Virus record (IMG/VR): IMGVR_UViG_3300048883_000321
Reading direction: 5' to 3' (one strand)
Length of the DNA: 20,000 bases
Source: an uncultured virus (IMG/VR IMGVR_UViG_3300048883_000321)
Lineage: Duplodnaviria > Heunggongvirae > Uroviricota > Caudoviricetes
Shown here: positions 1-8,521 of the stretch, one piece after another
Layout of the letters: each line of letters opens with the position of its first letter
Position numbering within the stretch: the first letter of the stretch is position 1
Notes under the pieces: generated by a model
Database searches by the model: none
Told to the model about the DNA's origin: nothing
What the model saw: the letters and a program-made list of their open reading frames with translations, nothing else
Translations under genes and position numbers: made by a program

Positions 1-65
1 CGGGCCACAAACCGCGGATGCAACAACGACAAATCAACACGAGAAGAAACAACAGGAATAGACAT
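1..65 (-). CDS. 5' fragment of probable endolysin (M15 peptidase-like N-terminus), runs off the window
   Basis: Manual translation from the ATG at 65: MSIPVVSSRVDLSLLHPRFVAR. The 'LLHPxF..R' pattern resembles starts of M15-type phage lysins. GGTGGGGT lies upstream and the G/T-rich coding strand resembles the holin's. Only 21 codons are visible. Confidence 0.5.
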   Translation of the reverse strand, partial: MSIPVVSSRVDLSLLHPRFVA

Positions 66-262
66 ACCCCCACCATACCACAAACAACAAACCACCACCG
101 GACACCCCCACAAAACAACACCAAGTAAACAAACAGTTGACCCCAAAAAAAGGATTACAAAAATGCCGGGCCAACTAGACGCATGGGGGGAGGGGGGGGT
201 ACATACGTTCGACGCGATGGGGGGTCACCCTTAGTGGTTTTGTGACCGCGGTTTGTGGTTTT

Positions 263-350
263 GCTCTCTAAGCGTCGTATAGGCTCTCTAGGGCGTTTGG
301 GTGCGTTTAGGTCATAAGTGCCCACGCGCACCCTAGAAACGCGTTAGGGC
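263..350 (-). repeat. ~90-bp periodic element, copy A (reverse orientation)
   Basis: Reverse complement CCCTAACGCGTTTCTAGGGTGCGCGTGGG...CCTATACG aligns with the copy at 6163-6248 (CCCTACGGCGTTTCTAGGGCGCGCGTGGG...CCTATACG). Confidence 0.65.
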
Positions 351-447
351 GGTTTCCCGTTGTTTTGGTGGGGGCTCTGGCGGTGGTAGTTGTTGGGGCT
401 CTGTGGTGGCTAGTTGGTGGTGGTTTACCGTGAGAGCGACGCAGAGA

Positions 448-538
448 GCCCCTAGAGCGACGCTAGGGGGCTAGGTGGGTCTTAGGTCATCTGGCACCAC
501 CGCGACGCCTTAGGTGGCCTATACGGGGCTCTAGGCGC
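448..538 (+). repeat. ~90-bp periodic element, copy B
   Basis: 24 bp CTTAGGTGGCCTATACGGGGCTCT (509-532) is identical to 6219-6242. The ends CCTAGAGC/GCTCTAGG are inverted. Confidence 0.7.
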
Positions 539-542
539 GAAA

Positions 543-572
543 GAGCCCCCACCGCGTACACGGTGGGGGTTC
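543..572 (-). terminator. Hairpin downstream of 585-941
   Basis: GAGCCCCCACCG-cgtaca-CGGTGGGGGTTC stem just past the stop, followed by TTT on the minus strand. Confidence 0.6.
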
Positions 573-584
573 TAGCGTTGGTGG

Positions 585-941
585 CTACCGCAGTAGCAAG
601 TCTTCAAGGTCTACGCCCTCGGCGAGAATCTTAAAAACATCCGTCAGTACGGAGGGCTCTACCTCTGACCAGTCCAAAACATTTAGCGACCCGTCGTGGT
701 CAGTAATGGCGGTCATCATTGTGTGGTATCCCTCCACCGGATTGACCACCGCGGCGAAGTGTGTAGCACCATTAAAGCCAAACAATAACCAGTCGCCGGC
801 ATCACCAGCCGCGACCCGGATGCCGTAGTGGCCGAAGCCTGCCGGAGCGTCGACCATGACGAACCGCCGGACCGCGTCGCGTCCGTGGTGGTAGATTTGC
901 GCGTCTGCCATCGCGTTGTAGTTTTTCTGTGTTGGGAACAT
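585..941 (-). CDS. Hypothetical protein (118 aa)
   Basis: GAAAGAGG RBS, A/C-rich leader, downstream hairpin. Confidence 0.8.
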   Translation of the reverse strand: MFPTQKNYNAMADAQIYHHGRDAVRRFVMVDAPAGFGHYGIRVAAGDAGDWLLFGFNGATHFAAVVNPVEGYHTMMTAITDHDGSLNVLDWSEVEPSVLTDVFKILAEGVDLEDLLLR

Positions 942-1059
942 TGTTTTCCTCTTTCGTTGTTGGTTTAGTGGGAGTCTCCCACTTTCAAGCCACCACCACC
1001 GTTAGCGGTGGGGGCTTGAAAGTAGGCAGGGGCTTTCACCCCTGCCGACTCTCTAGCGG

Positions 1060-1440
1060 TCAGTCGTTGGTGGCCTCTAATGCTGCCGTAAAGGCTGCCC
1101 GCCGGTTGTCGCTGGTGCGCTTCGCACGTAGCAGGTAGTCGGTGTAGGTTCCCTTGCGTGTGCTGGCACGGTGGCTGCGGTCGTTGCCGTTGAAGCGCTC
1201 CTGAGCCGTTGCCCGATTTAGTTTGCGAAAGTAAACGTTAGTGGCGTCGCTTTCGGCTTTCATGCTTTCGGTGGTTACCGACTCTTTCACCGTTGCGTTG
1301 CGCAGAGCGTCAACGGCCAGAAAGTGAGTGAACGGTAATACTGAGTAGTACACGAAGTCGGGAACCATGCTAGATACTACTGCGGATCCGAGAGGGGCAG
1401 TGACTGCCTCGCTTTCGGCTGGTGGTGTGTGGTTGAACAT
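1060..1440 (-). CDS. Hypothetical protein (126 aa)
   Basis: GAAAGG RBS and an upstream TTGTAC...TAATAAT promoter-like sequence (~1483-1511). Confidence 0.75.
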   Translation of the reverse strand: MFNHTPPAESEAVTAPLGSAVVSSMVPDFVYYSVLPFTHFLAVDALRNATVKESVTTESMKAESDATNVYFRKLNRATAQERFNGNDRSHRASTRKGTYTDYLLRAKRTSDNRRAAFTAALEATND

Positions 1441-1596
1441 TTGGTGCCTTTCGTTTGGTTGCCGTTGTTAGCAACAAGCGTATTATTACAAACATTAAGG
1501 GTATGTACAACTACCCGTTGACCTTACCCCGCGACAGAACCCGACTTTCCCCTTTGTTTGTATAGCAAAAAACTTTCCAAACTTTCTCAGAATCAG

Positions 1597-1737
1597 AGCC
1601 CAAAAACAGCCCATAACCAAAAACACACCCCAAAAACTACCCAAAAAAAACACCCCAAAAACACCCCAAAAACACCCCAAAAAAACACCCCAAAAACTGC
1701 CACGCCGCGACCCCAAAAACTGCCACGCCGCGACCCC
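1597..1737. repeat. Low-complexity A/C tandem repeats (CCCCAAAAACA-type) plus 2x CCAAAAACTGCCACGCCGCGACC
   Basis: Directly visible. The ORFs across it are low-complexity artefacts. Confidence 0.85.
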
Positions 1738-1813
1738 ACCGCGGCGCGGCGTTCACCGTTGCGCAACGTCAGAACCCGCGCCACCTATTCCCAATAACGC
1801 ACCACTAACGGGA

Positions 1814-1887
1814 AACGCTAAGAGTGACCGACTGACCACCTAGAGCGTTAACGCTAAGAGTGACCGACCGAACGCCGAGAGTGAACC
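1814..1887 (+). repeat. Direct repeat AACGCTAAGAGTGACCGAC x2 plus a degenerate third copy
   Basis: Copies at 1814-1832, 1850-1868 and 1871-1887 (AACGCCGAGAGTGAACC). Confidence 0.8.
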
Positions 1888-1917
1888 CTAACCCTAAACC
1901 TGAGGTTGAGGGTTCAC
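1881..1917 (-). promoter_or_regulatory. AACCCTCAA-N7-TTKAGGGTT palindrome family, copy 1 (others at 2156-2180, 5001-5032, 8452-8483)
   Basis: Four near-identical copies of AACCCTCAACCTCTACTTKAGGGTT(AGGGTTC). The dyad resembles MerR/SoxR-type operators. Confidence 0.65.
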
Positions 1918-1967
1918 CCGAGCGCGTGGGCGCGTGTGCGTGTGCGCGCAAGCGGAGACGCGAACCC

Positions 1968-2126
1968 ACGTGTGAATCTGGCGGGTGAATCTGGCGGGTG
2001 AATCTCGCGGGTGAATCTTGGCGTGTGAATCTCACGTGTCAATCTTGGCGTGTCAATCTTTGATGTGTGAATACCTCCGGGAATAGACTGAATACGTGTG
2101 AATTTGAGACCTCACGGGTGAATCTC
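1968..2126 (+). repeat. Left tandem cluster of the GTGAAT motif (13-14 bp period)
   Basis: CGTGTGAATCT/GCGGGTGAATCT x5 in tandem, two GTCAATCT variants, then three more copies. Confidence 0.9.
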
Positions 2127-2212
2127 ACTGAGGCTACCGGCCGGGGCCGACACCAAACTCTCAACCTCTACTTGAGGGTTACAGTTCGCAAGGGCCGGGG
2201 CGATTCCAAAAT

Positions 2213-2226
2213 CGAACAGGTGTTCG
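2213..2226. promoter_or_regulatory. LexA (SOS/Cheo)-type box CGAAC-AGGT-GTTCG
   Basis: Perfect match to the Gram-positive/actinobacterial SOS consensus CGAAC-N4-GTTCG. Confidence 0.6.
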
Positions 2227-2332
2227 GTCTCGCTATTGTTGCTAAAATCCCGTTTCGGCCATTATAGGTTTCGCCACCCCCGGGGCCACCTCGCATACCC
2301 CGAGAGCCGAAGCCCCCGGGGTTGCGGTGTTC

Positions 2333-2590
2333 CTAGTCCGTTAAGACCATAACTTGAAGGCCGACCGAGCCGGAGAACTCGCCGGTTGTCCGGGTGGAGT
2401 CAGACCAGAAGTGAACGTCAACGTCGTCGCCGACCAAATCGGTGGTCAAGACCATGACGAACTCGCCGCCTCGGAAGCGTACTTGGGTGTCACCTAAGAA
2501 GAAGCGGTTGCCTCCGGGGCCCATTGGCCACTCGTTGAGAACCCTGTCGGTTGCTACCAAGTCTGCGAGTTTTTTGAGTGTTACTTTCAT
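2333..2590 (-). CDS. Hypothetical protein (85 aa)
   Basis: AAAGGAG RBS and a full cassette promoter upstream. Confidence 0.85.
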   Translation of the reverse strand: MKVTLKKLADLVATDRVLNEWPMGPGGNRFFLGDTQVRFRGGEFVMVLTTDLVGDDVDVHFWSDSTRTTGEFSGSVGLQVMVLTD

Positions 2591-2624
2591 GTTTGCTCCT
2601 TTGTTGTTGTTTGCTTATAGGTTT

Positions 2625-2689
2625 AGTATACACTAGGGAACCCCCATGCGCAACCTTTCGGTAAAGATTTCTTTGTGACTTTTGTCACA
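2625..2689 (-). promoter_or_regulatory. Cassette promoter: TGTGA-N6-TCACA box (2674-2689), TTGCGC-17-TATACT
   Basis: -35 at 2648-2653, -10 at 2625-2630. The same layout recurs throughout the window. Confidence 0.85.
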
Positions 2690-2760
2690 GCCGGGGCCGA
2701 CTCGAGCCCCCCGGGGCCGACGACAAAAAAAGACGGGAGCCGAAGCCCCCGCCTTGGATT

Positions 2761-2871
2761 TTATTTTGTGGCCTTTGGCTTACCGCCTCGGCGATTGAAG
2801 TTGCCTGCGCCTCCGACGAACTTGGTCGGTGGGCGTTTGTGGGAGCGAGCCCGTCCTTGATATGCTTTCAT
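2761..2871 (-). CDS. Small basic peptide (36 aa, MKAYQGRARSHKRPPTKFVGGAGNFNRRGGKPKATK)
   Basis: Not in the ORF track. AAGGAGG RBS, cassette-type GGTTGC promoter upstream, hairpin downstream. Confidence 0.7.
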   Translation of the reverse strand: MKAYQGRARSHKRPPTKFVGGAGNFNRRGGKPKATK

Positions 2872-2991
2872 TGTGCCTCCTTGGCGTAGTTGCTTACAAA
2901 GTAAGTGTATCAAAGGGAACAACCAGAAGCAACCTCAACCGGAAACTTTCTTAGATTTCTTTTAAGTTCCCAGCCGGGGCCGAAATCCGTA

Positions 2992-3056
2992 TGTGACACA
3001 TGTCACAAAGAAATCTTTGCTTTGGGGTTGCGCATGATGGTTATCTCTGCTATACT
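2992..3056 (+). promoter_or_regulatory. Cassette promoter (+): TGTGACACATGTCACA, TTGCGC-17-TATACT with TG extension
   Basis: Box 2992-3007, -35 3028-3033, -10 3051-3056. Confidence 0.85.
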
Positions 3057-3093
3057 TACACTTGTAAGCAACCAACGGCAAAGGAGCCAAATC

Positions 3094-3192
3094 ATGGAAT
3101 GCGAAGACTGCGAAGAATACGAAGAAGATTGTACCTGCGGAGACCGACCCGCCCCATGGGACACCCGAGGCGAAGCCAACGGAGACCGATAG
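3094..3192 (+). CDS. Small acidic Cys-rich peptide (32 aa, MECEDCEEYEEDCTCGDRPAPWDTRGEANGDR)
   Basis: AAAGGAG RBS, own promoter and terminator. Start reassigned from the 2905 ORF. Confidence 0.75.
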   Translation: MECEDCEEYEEDCTCGDRPAPWDTRGEANGDR

Positions 3193-3201
3193 CCACCAGC
3201 G

Positions 3202-3225
3202 AGCCTGCCCCGAAAGGGGCGGGCT
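3202..3225 (+). terminator. Hairpin with GAAA tetraloop
   Basis: AGCCTGCCCC-GAAA-GGGGCGGGCT just after the stop. Confidence 0.65.
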
Positions 3226-3475
3226 TCAGGCCCCGGTAGTACCTCCGGGGCACAAACGCGTGTGAATCCCATCGTGTGAAAACAAGCCAGCGATGCGGCA
3301 GCGACGAAAAGGTCGGGCGTGAATATACCCGGTAGTACTCCGGGGCGGTGGCGTGTGGTTTCGTCGATGAAGCCATTGTAGCGTGGCCTACCCTGAAACC
3401 CAACCTTACCCGAATCTTTTCTTTTTCGCCTGCTAGGTTAAAGAACGGTTCTATTAAGGTTATATTACGGTTCAT

Positions 3476-3562
3476 GGTTCAAAGCCTGAACCTGCTGCCG
3501 GTTCAAAGCCTGAACCTGCTGCCGTGTCAGAGCCTGAACCTGCTGCCGGTTCACAGTGAACC
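3476..3562 (+). repeat. 24-bp tandem repeat GGTTCAAAGCCTGAACCTGCTGCC x3 plus a partial copy
   Basis: Units at 3476, 3500, 3524 (degenerate) and 3548 (partial). Internal dyad GGTTCA-N5-TGAACC. Confidence 0.85.
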
Positions 3563-3708
3563 TAAACACCAGTTGACCTTATCCGCTATCTCCGGGGCTT
3601 CGTAGGGTCAGAGTGAACCTACAAGGGCTCCGGTAATACTCCGGGGCCTTTGTGCGTAAATCGGTTGGGCCGGGCCGAGGGCCGAAGCCCCCAGCCTCTA
3701 GCCGTTGG

Positions 3709-3867
3709 TTAGCGGACTGCTTTTTTGAGTGCGTCCTTTTGGGCATCCGTCCAAACGTTGCCGTCAAGGTCGGTGAGGGTCCACCGGTCGTTATGAACGT
3801 CGGCCCTAGCCAACTGGTACGCAACTCCCGCTGCCCATGGGTCTAGGTTTATAAGTAGGTCGTTCAT
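3709..3867 (-). CDS. Hypothetical protein (52 aa, MNDLLINLDPWAAGVAYQLARADVHNDRWTLTDLDGNVWTDAQKDALKKAVR)
   Basis: Not in the ORF track. AAAGGAG RBS and cassette promoter (TTGCTT-17-TATACT, box 3949-3964). Confidence 0.8.
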   Translation of the reverse strand: MNDLLINLDPWAAGVAYQLARADVHNDRWTLTDLDGNVWTDAQKDALKKAVR

Positions 3868-4032
3868 GTTTGCTCCTTTGTTGTTTGTTTGATAAGGTTA
3901 GTATAGCACAGGTAACCACCAGAAGCAACCCCGAAACAAAGATTTCTTTGTGACTTTTGTCACACCACAAGCGGCACCCCCCGGGGCTTGACAGGTGAAA
4001 CGGCCACCAGCCCGTTTAAGGACTGGTGGCCG

Positions 4033-4070
4033 GAGCCGGGGGAGGGAAAGGAGGTAACCTCTCCCGCCTC
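4033..4070 (-). ncRNA. 3'-UTR hairpin with anti-SD loop (ACCUCCUUU)
   Basis: Minus strand GGGAGAGG-TTACCTCCTTTC-CCTCCC, followed by a second hairpin at 4001-4032. Confidence 0.5.
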
Positions 4071-4079
4071 TATTTTGGT

Positions 4080-4226
4080 CTAGCGGATTGGCGAGAAGTT
4101 TAGTTCCTCGATTATTCCGACGAGTTCTTCTTGTTTGGTGACCATTTCTTCGCTTGCTTCGGCGAGGGCTCGGTTGGTTGCCATCATTTTACGGAAGGCG
4201 ATTTCGGTTGGGTGGTCCGGGTTCAT
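4080..4226 (-). CDS. Hypothetical protein (48 aa, MNPDHPTEIAFRKMMATNRALAEASEEMVTKQEELVGIIEELNFSPIR)
   Basis: Not in the ORF track. AGGAG RBS and promoter TTGCTT-17-TATACT with box at 4314-4329. Confidence 0.8.
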   Translation of the reverse strand: MNPDHPTEIAFRKMMATNRALAEASEEMVTKQEELVGIIEELNFSPIR

Positions 4227-4368
4227 GTCTTGCTCCTGTTCGTGTGTTGTTTGCTTATAGGTTTAGTATACACCAAGGGATGCCCGAAAGCAACCCCTAG
4301 AGGAAGATTTCTTTGTGACACCTGTCACAGCACCTCGGGCCGGGGCCGAAGCCCCAACCCGCTGACCG

Positions 4369-4596
4369 CTAGAGCAAGCCCAACTCACGGCAGACAACGA
4401 AGCGCCCATCGGCCATGCGCCGACTTGACCAGCAAGCCACGCCGTCGCCCTCCACATGAGCCCATGTGGCATTTATGGCGTTTTGAGAAGTACGCTCTAC
4501 CTTAAAAAGTTCGGTTCGCATGAGTAGTGCGAGGGTAGCGTTATGACGGATAGCGTCAAGGATTTCGATTTTCATGTTTGGCTTTTCGTTGTTCAT
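4369..4596 (-). CDS. Hypothetical protein (75 aa)
   Basis: AAAGGAG RBS and promoter TTGGTT-17-TATAAT with box at 4678-4693. Confidence 0.8.
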   Translation of the reverse strand: MNNEKPNMKIEILDAIRHNATLALLMRTELFKVERTSQNAINATWAHVEGDGVACWSSRRMADGRFVVCRELGLL

Positions 4597-4751
4597 TTTT
4601 GCTCCTTTGTAGTTTGCTTGATAGTTGTATTATAGTGGGACTAAAGCCCATAACCAACCTCTAACTTAAAGTTTCTTTGTGACATCTGGCACAGGGGCCG
4701 GGGCCGCGGTTCGGCTGGCCGACTCGGTTAGGAGCCGACCAGCCGAGGGGT

Positions 4752-4886
4752 TTAGCCCGCCAGCAATACTATGCCGACGAAAAACGAGCAGTTAACTAGG
4801 ACGTAAAGCCCAACGATAACCCTTGCTTTAGGGTAACCCTGTTGGAACTGTTCGGCTAGGTTTTCTAGTGCCGTTGATAGGTTCAT
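4752..4886 (-). CDS. Small membrane protein (44 aa, C-terminal hydrophobic helix)
   Basis: Start reassigned to MNLST after the AAAGGAG RBS. Promoter TTGCTT-17-TATACT with box at 4969-4984. Confidence 0.75.
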   Translation of the reverse strand: MNLSTALENLAEQFQQGYPKARVIVGLYVLVNCSFFVGIVLLAG

Positions 4887-5102
4887 GTTTTCTCCTTTCC
4901 TCCTTGTTGGTATACCTTTAGTATACACCATAAGGTAGGCAAAAGCAACCCCTAGAGGAAGATTTCTTTGTGACATTTGTCACAGGGGCCGGGCCGCGTC
5001 AACCCTCAACCTCTACTAGAGGGTTAGGGTTCCGCCCCAACCCAATCCGGCCGCGTGTGACATAAGTCACATGTGACACATGACCACCAACCCGGCCGAG
5101 GG

Positions 5103-5297
5103 TTACATCACGACCTTTAAGATTTGGACTGGCACGTGACGGAAAATGGTAGGGTTGATGCTGCCGGTGGGTGCTGCCGTGGTGATTACCTTGCCGTTGA
5201 TTTCTACGATTTCAAGCAGTTCAAAACCGGTGGGTACGGTGATGGCTACAACGTCCCCGATTACTAGGTGCTTGGTGTAGGTGTTGGTTAGTTTCAT
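5103..5297 (-). CDS. Hypothetical protein (64 aa, small beta-rich)
   Basis: AAAGGAG RBS and TTGCGG-18-TAGTAT promoter. Confidence 0.8.
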   Translation of the reverse strand: MKLTNTYTKHLVIGDVVAITVPTGFELLEIVEINGKVITTAAPTGSINPTIFRHVPVQILKVVM

Positions 5298-5396
5298 TTT
5301 GGCTCCTTTGCCGTTGCTTCGTTAACCCCATACTATCGTTGTTTTACCCAATACCGCAACCTCAAACTAAAACTTTTCTAGATTTCTTTTCGGGGG

Positions 5397-5410
5397 CGAA
5401 CGTGTGTTCT
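5397..5410. promoter_or_regulatory. LexA-type box CGAAC-GTGT-GTTCT
   Basis: One mismatch to CGAAC-N4-GTTCG. Confidence 0.45.
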
Positions 5411-5502
5411 GTCGCGCTCCCGGCATTACCTCCGGGCCTTTTCTCGGGGGGATTCGGTGGGCTGGTTTGGCGGTAGCCCATTGACTACCGCCACCCTGCC
5501 CG

Positions 5503-5760
5503 CTATGGGGTCTCAACGGCAAACAGCACGTATGTGTGCCCTTGGCCGTCCCCTATGTACTTAAAGCCGTCAAGGTCGGCGTGGTCGTAGCGTACGACCT
5601 GTACGCCCTTGTAACGGTCTAAGCGTCCGCCATAGGTAAAGTGGTCGCACATGTTGCCGACCCGTGTACCGGTGACCGGATGGTGGTCAACAAAAATGTC
5701 GTATTCAATGTTTTCACCTCCGTTGATAAAGGTGTGGTGAATCATGGCTAGGTCTTTCAT
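5503..5760 (-). CDS. Hypothetical protein (85 aa)
   Basis: AAGGAGG RBS and downstream hairpin at ~5469-5493. Confidence 0.8.
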   Translation of the reverse strand: MKDLAMIHHTFINGGENIEYDIFVDHHPVTGTRVGNMCDHFTYGGRLDRYKGVQVVRYDHADLDGFKYIGDGQGHTYVLFAVETP

Positions 5761-5922
5761 GGTGCCTCCTTAAGGCTTGGGCTACTTGCCCTCCCCCATA
5801 ACGATACAGGGTAAACCAACGATTGACGAGGCTAGACAACCATTCATTTTGGTCATAAGTCACACGGCCAGCGGAGAGTGGTCAATCGGTCACAAATAGC
5901 GGTCAAAAAGTGCTTTATTTTC

Positions 5923-6024
5923 GAAGCCACCATTTGCCCTCTAAGACGTTTTCAGCCGATTTATGGGTGGTAGTCCCATAACGACCTTTAACCGCATACG
6001 CGGGCTATACGTGGCTCTGAGGGG
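5923..6024 (+). repeat. ~90-100-bp periodic element, copy C
   Basis: Begins GAAGCCACCATTTGC and ends CTATACGTGGCTCTGAGGGG. Confidence 0.75.
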
Positions 6025-6146
6025 ATTCGCCTTTTATCACTCTTTGTGACCAAACGACCACTCTGAGTGAAGCCGGGGGCGCGCTGAAAATGCCACAGAG
6101 AGCGGTGGAGCGACCACAAATAGTGACGGGAAAACCGCTTGTTTTC

Positions 6147-6248
6147 GAAGCCACCATTTGCTCCCTACGGCGTTTCTAGGGCGCGCGTGGGGGGTTGTGT
6201 CGTATTCGGCCTAAACCGCTTAGGTGGCCTATACGGGGCTCTGAGGGG
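6147..6248 (+). repeat. ~90-100-bp periodic element, copy D
   Basis: Begins GAAGCCACCATTTGC and ends CTATACGGGGCTCTGAGGGG. Confidence 0.75.
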
Positions 6249-6446
6249 AAACCCAAAAAAAGCGGCCTCCGGTTCTTATCCCCCGGGGCTCATGTGTAAA
6301 TCTCACTCTGCGTGGCGGGTTGACCACTTTCCGCAGGCGAATGGTCAGGCGTCACATTTATGATAAATCTTGATTTTGGGGGTGCGAAGGTTGTTATTTT
6401 TGATAGACTCACTCTTGTAAGCAACTATCACCAAGGAGGTGAAAAA

Positions 6447-6827
6447 ATGATAACCATTCAACACAACACGAATCGGAAAAGTGACGGTAAGCCTCTCCAA
6501 GCAATGGGGATGCGCGCTAGTTTTCTCAAGTACTTGGAGGACGCGGTGAAAGCCGTAGCCACCGAGGGACTGAGCCCACTAGCGGCACTCCGTCCACTTG
6601 GCACGATTTACGCTTGGGCTGGGGCGAAAGTCACCATCCACGTGGCACGGGTTCATGGAGATGTCTACCGCATCTCTTGGAGCCGTCCAGCGGGGCGTGG
6701 AGGCATCGCCACCGGCACCAAGACCGTGGAGCGGGTAGCCACCATACGGTGCGCCACCAACCCTTTGGAGTTCCTCACGAACATCGTGGAGCATCCCGAG
6801 GGCTTGGACATTGAGCCCGTCGGTTAA
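6447..6827 (+). CDS. Hypothetical protein (126 aa), paralogue of 8697-9083
   Basis: AAGGAGGT RBS. Shares HNxxRKSDGKP..A.G.RAS and Y.(I/V)SW.RPAGR with 8697-9083. GAAA hairpin downstream. Confidence 0.85.
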   Translation: MITIQHNTNRKSDGKPLQAMGMRASFLKYLEDAVKAVATEGLSPLAALRPLGTIYAWAGAKVTIHVARVHGDVYRISWSRPAGRGGIATGTKTVERVATIRCATNPLEFLTNIVEHPEGLDIEPVG

Positions 6828-7061
6828 TCGGCAGGGGGTCGGCCCGAAAGGGTCGGCTCCCACCGGGCCCCCGGCAGTACCTCCGGGTTGCGTTCGTGTG
6901 AATCTGTGGGCGTGTGAATCCCGTATGCTCCCGGTTCTGCCCTAGACTGTATACGTGTGAATTTGGCCTCCGGTTACCCCGGGGTGCATAGGGGCGTGTG
7001 AATGGGCGTGTGAATCCTTACGCGACAGTTCCGCCCGGCTGGGGGGCAGGGCGGAACTGGA

Positions 7062-7098
7062 GCAGGCAGAGGCGAAAGGAGGGAAAGCCCCCGCCCGC
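7062..7098 (-). ncRNA. 3'-UTR hairpin with anti-SD loop (UUUCCCUCCUUUC)
   Basis: Minus strand GCGGGCGGGGGC-TTTCCCTCCTTTC-GCCTCTGCCTGC, followed by a hairpin at 7026-7059 with a C-rich loop. Confidence 0.55.
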
Positions 7099-7289
7099 TA
7101 TGGCTTAGTATACAGGGTGCCGTCGCTCATCCTGAGGAGGATGGGCTGGCCATCTTCGCTGAAAATGATTTCCTCGGTGGTTGGTGCCCCGGGGTCGTTC
7201 ATCCATGTGATGGCTTCTAGGGCTAGTGCGAAAGTGATAACCCCGGCGATGATGACGGCCGCGGCCATGACCCGGTCGCCCGCCCCCAT
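7098..7289 (-). CDS. Small membrane protein (63 aa)
   Basis: TAATG overlap with the upstream stop. Hydrophobic N-terminal helix. Confidence 0.7.
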   Translation of the reverse strand: MGAGDRVMAAAVIIAGVITFALALEAITWMNDPGAPTTEEIIFSEDGQPILLRMSDGTLYTKP

Positions 7290-7573
7290 TACAGTGCCCC
7301 GCATTCACGGAGTGCTGACAGGTCAACGCTTTTCCATTCGGATGGGCGGGTGCCGTTCATGAGTGGGTGGACTTTGGTTGCGGTTTTCATGGAGGCATTG
7401 ACGACGATGCCGGAGTGGCCGTTGGTGGTGGGCCAGATGTAGCAGATGTCGCCACCGTTGTAGGTGAATGCCTTCATGTCTTTGTGGGTGTTAAGCCATT
7501 GGCGGGCATCGTCTAGACTGCCGAATGAGTACCGTGGCCGATTGTAGGCTAGGTCGTGGGTTATTGTTTTCAT
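7289..7573 (-). CDS. Hypothetical protein (94 aa)
   Basis: AAGGAG RBS, TATAAT at 7603-7608, box at 7642-7657. Confidence 0.8.
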   Translation of the reverse strand: MKTITHDLAYNRPRYSFGSLDDARQWLNTHKDMKAFTYNGGDICYIWPTTNGHSGIVVNASMKTATKVHPLMNGTRPSEWKSVDLSALRECGAL

Positions 7574-7777
7574 GTTTGCTCCTTGTAGTTGGTTATAGAG
7601 TCATTATACATGGTGGAGGGTGGGCTTGCTACCCTATTTGGTGTGGCATCCGTCACATCTCCCCCGGGGCTCCGTGTGTGTGACGAATGTCACAGAGAAA
7701 CTTTGGGTCAGAGGTTGCGTTATGGTGGTTACCTCCGCTATACTGGGGTTATGACAAGGAGGGAGGAGGTGAAAAAA

Positions 7778-7990
7778 ATGATAATCAAAAAAGACTACAT
7801 CATACTTTGGGAAACCTCAGAGGGCGAACTTGCTGCCGAAGAGGCACCAAACGCCACCGTAAGCGAGTTGGAGTTCCTCATAGAACACCCGCTAGTTACC
7901 GGCGACCGCATCAAAGAGGACACCGTGAAGGTGTTTGAACTGGGCGAACAGGTCTGGTACGGCACCGGCGCACCGCCAGTGCGCATTTAG
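7778..7990 (+). CDS. Hypothetical acidic protein (70 aa)
   Basis: GGAGGT RBS, box 7679-7694, TTGCGT-18-TATACT, downstream hairpin at ~7997-8025. Confidence 0.8.
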   Translation: MIIKKDYIILWETSEGELAAEEAPNATVSELEFLIEHPLVTGDRIKEDTVKVFELGEQVWYGTGAPPVRI

Positions 7991-8144
7991 GCCACAGGGT
8001 CGGCTCCCTCACCGGGAGTCGGCCCACCGGGCCTCCGGTTACCCCGGTTGCGAGCAGGTGTGGAAAGCCGCGTGTGAATCTGGGCTCCCGGGCCTGAATA
8101 GACTGAATACGTGTGAATTTGGGCTCCCGGGCGGGTAGCCAAGA

Positions 8145-8175
8145 GCCCCACCCCCAAGGAGGGGAGGGGTGGGGC
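8145..8175 (-). ncRNA. 3'-UTR hairpin with anti-SD-like loop (UCCCCUCCUUG)
   Basis: Minus strand GCCCCACCCC-TCCCCTCCTTG-GGGGTGGGGC just after the stop at 8184. Confidence 0.5.
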
Positions 8176-8183
8176 GAGGTTGG

Positions 8184-8333
8184 CTATCGGGTGATGCCGA
8201 AGGCGATGTCCATTATGGCTGCCAGTTCGGGGAGAGGGTTCCCGGCCTTGGCGTACCGTTCGGCAGCGTCTTGGATGGCAGCATCTTCTTTCTCTGCCTT
8301 GACGTAGTCCGATGGGTCTGGTTCGTAGGTCAT
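8184..8333 (-). CDS. Hypothetical protein (49 aa)
   Basis: Start reassigned to MTYEP after GAAAGGA. TTGGTA-16-TATAAT, box at 8416-8431. Confidence 0.75.
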   Translation of the reverse strand: MTYEPDPSDYVKAEKEDAAIQDAAERYAKAGNPLPELAAIMDIAFGITR

Positions 8334-8521
8334 GTGTTTTCCTTTCGTGTAGTTGGTGTTACCTTTATTATACAGGCTGGGAACCCAATACCAACCCCGA
8401 AACAAAGATTTCTTTTGTGCCATGCGTCACACGACACCCCCGGGCCAGCGCAACCCTCAACCTCTACTTTAGGGTTAGGGTTCACGGCGGGCAGAACTCC
8501 CGGCCGGGGCGCGGAGCAAAA

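Noticed and set aside
1495..1797. ORFs 1495-1716, 1558-1797 and 1593-1784
   Set aside because: Translations of low-complexity A/C repeats, with no RBS or promoter module.
1884..1896. Telomeric (TTAGGG)n
   Set aside because: Only two units, and they are part of the palindrome family. The context is prokaryotic phage.
1968..2126. CRISPR array (also considered for 3476-3562, 8522-8601 and 19394-19590)
   Set aside because: Units are 13-24 bp and tandem, with no unique ~30-bp spacers and no cas genes.
1805..2267. ORFs 1805-2035 and 2067-2267
   Set aside because: They run through motif clusters and lack translation signals.
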